Notes under the pieces: model-generated
The model's input: only the letters and a program-made list of their open reading frames with translations
The model's database searches: none
What the model was told of the DNA's origin: nothing
Shown: one piece after another, positions 32,399 through 33,000 of the stretch
Layout: each line of letters begins with the position of its first letter
How positions within the stretch are numbered: position 1 is the stretch's first letter
Source of the DNA: Octopus sinensis
Lineage: Eukaryota
NCBI RefSeq assembly: GCF_006345805.1
Contig: NC_043005.1
Coordinates: forward strand, 28,117,001-28,150,000
Length of the DNA: 33,000 nucleotides
Direction: 5' to 3'
Program-made: the position numbers and the translations under genes

Positions 32399-32671
32399 TA
32401 CACACACACACATTCACTAATTGATCACCATTTACAAAAACAATGTTCATGCCTAATATACTATCACTAAGGCACTAGCACACCCATGTCAAAAATACCC
32501 ACAGCTTTATTAATGATAGAAAATGGCATATAAAAACAATGAAAGAAACCATTGCTAAGTGTCAGCAATGAAATAAATATATGTTATATACACAGAACTG
32601 AAGCACTTGAAGAATCAGCTACAGTTGTAATGTCTTGGTTGAAAATATCACCCACATAATGAGTGTGTGTG

Positions 32672-32679
<8 letters not shown>

Positions 32680-32711
<32 letters not shown>

Positions 32712-33000
32712 TCTAGTTGTGTGAGTGTCTGTCCCCTTCGATTTAGATTCCTAACTCCTCCCACATTTTGCGGTGCAGTTTAACCAAATTCGGTTATCTT
32801 ATAGTCGTGATTCATATCGAGCCCGTCTGGCTATTAGCGCGCATCAACGATGAGTCTACGATTTTAAAAATAATTTAACATCATTTTTTATTCCATTTTA
32901 ATGCATAATTTTTCGTGTGTCGATGGCAGCGGAGTTGGCGTCCACGCTCACATCTGCACCTGTTTGCTTCTCCCCCTTCCCTCCCTCGTGAAGCTGTGGG
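32680..33000 (+). mobile_element. Possible 5' part of another Helitron-like element, running off the window
   Basis: (TA)n-tatataaaa followed by gtgtgagtgtctgt, the same opening pattern as the Helitron at 29064. CpG-rich. The TC start is obscured and the 3' end is outside the window. Confidence 0.4.

Overview
This is an AT-rich, microsatellite-laden animal genomic window. The repeat repertoire strongly resembles Octopus; that is my recognition, not a database result. I recognise no complete host protein-coding gene, and almost all ORF-track entries are microsatellite or repeat artefacts. At best there is a pair of weak minus-strand candidate exons (7739-7803, 8452-8523). The window is mostly transposon relics: tRNA-derived SINEs, RTE-like and CR1 LINE 3' ends, an RLE (R4/Dong-like) LINE remnant split by a mariner, mariner/piggyBac/hAT MITEs, several Helitrons and a Helentron with an endonuclease remnant. 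Four observations stand out. (1) Two distinct small-element families carry minimal hammerhead-ribozyme folds. One has a Pol III B-box remnant, an inverted copy of its own 3' end and a 12-bp TSD (candidate Penelope-mobilised SINE/retrozyme); the other has an A6U core in both copies plus a compensatory stem II change. (2) A variable-copy array of ~65-bp double stem-loop units with conserved stems and all-different loops lies in a LINE 3' region. (3) A non-autonomous Helitron has its empty site in the same window, an antisense helicase fragment in its long copy, and a ~1-kb deletion repaired by a double template switch in its short copy. (4) Two mariner MITEs are each built from two copies of the same end. 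All alignments and folds were done by eye and coordinates of decayed elements are approximate.
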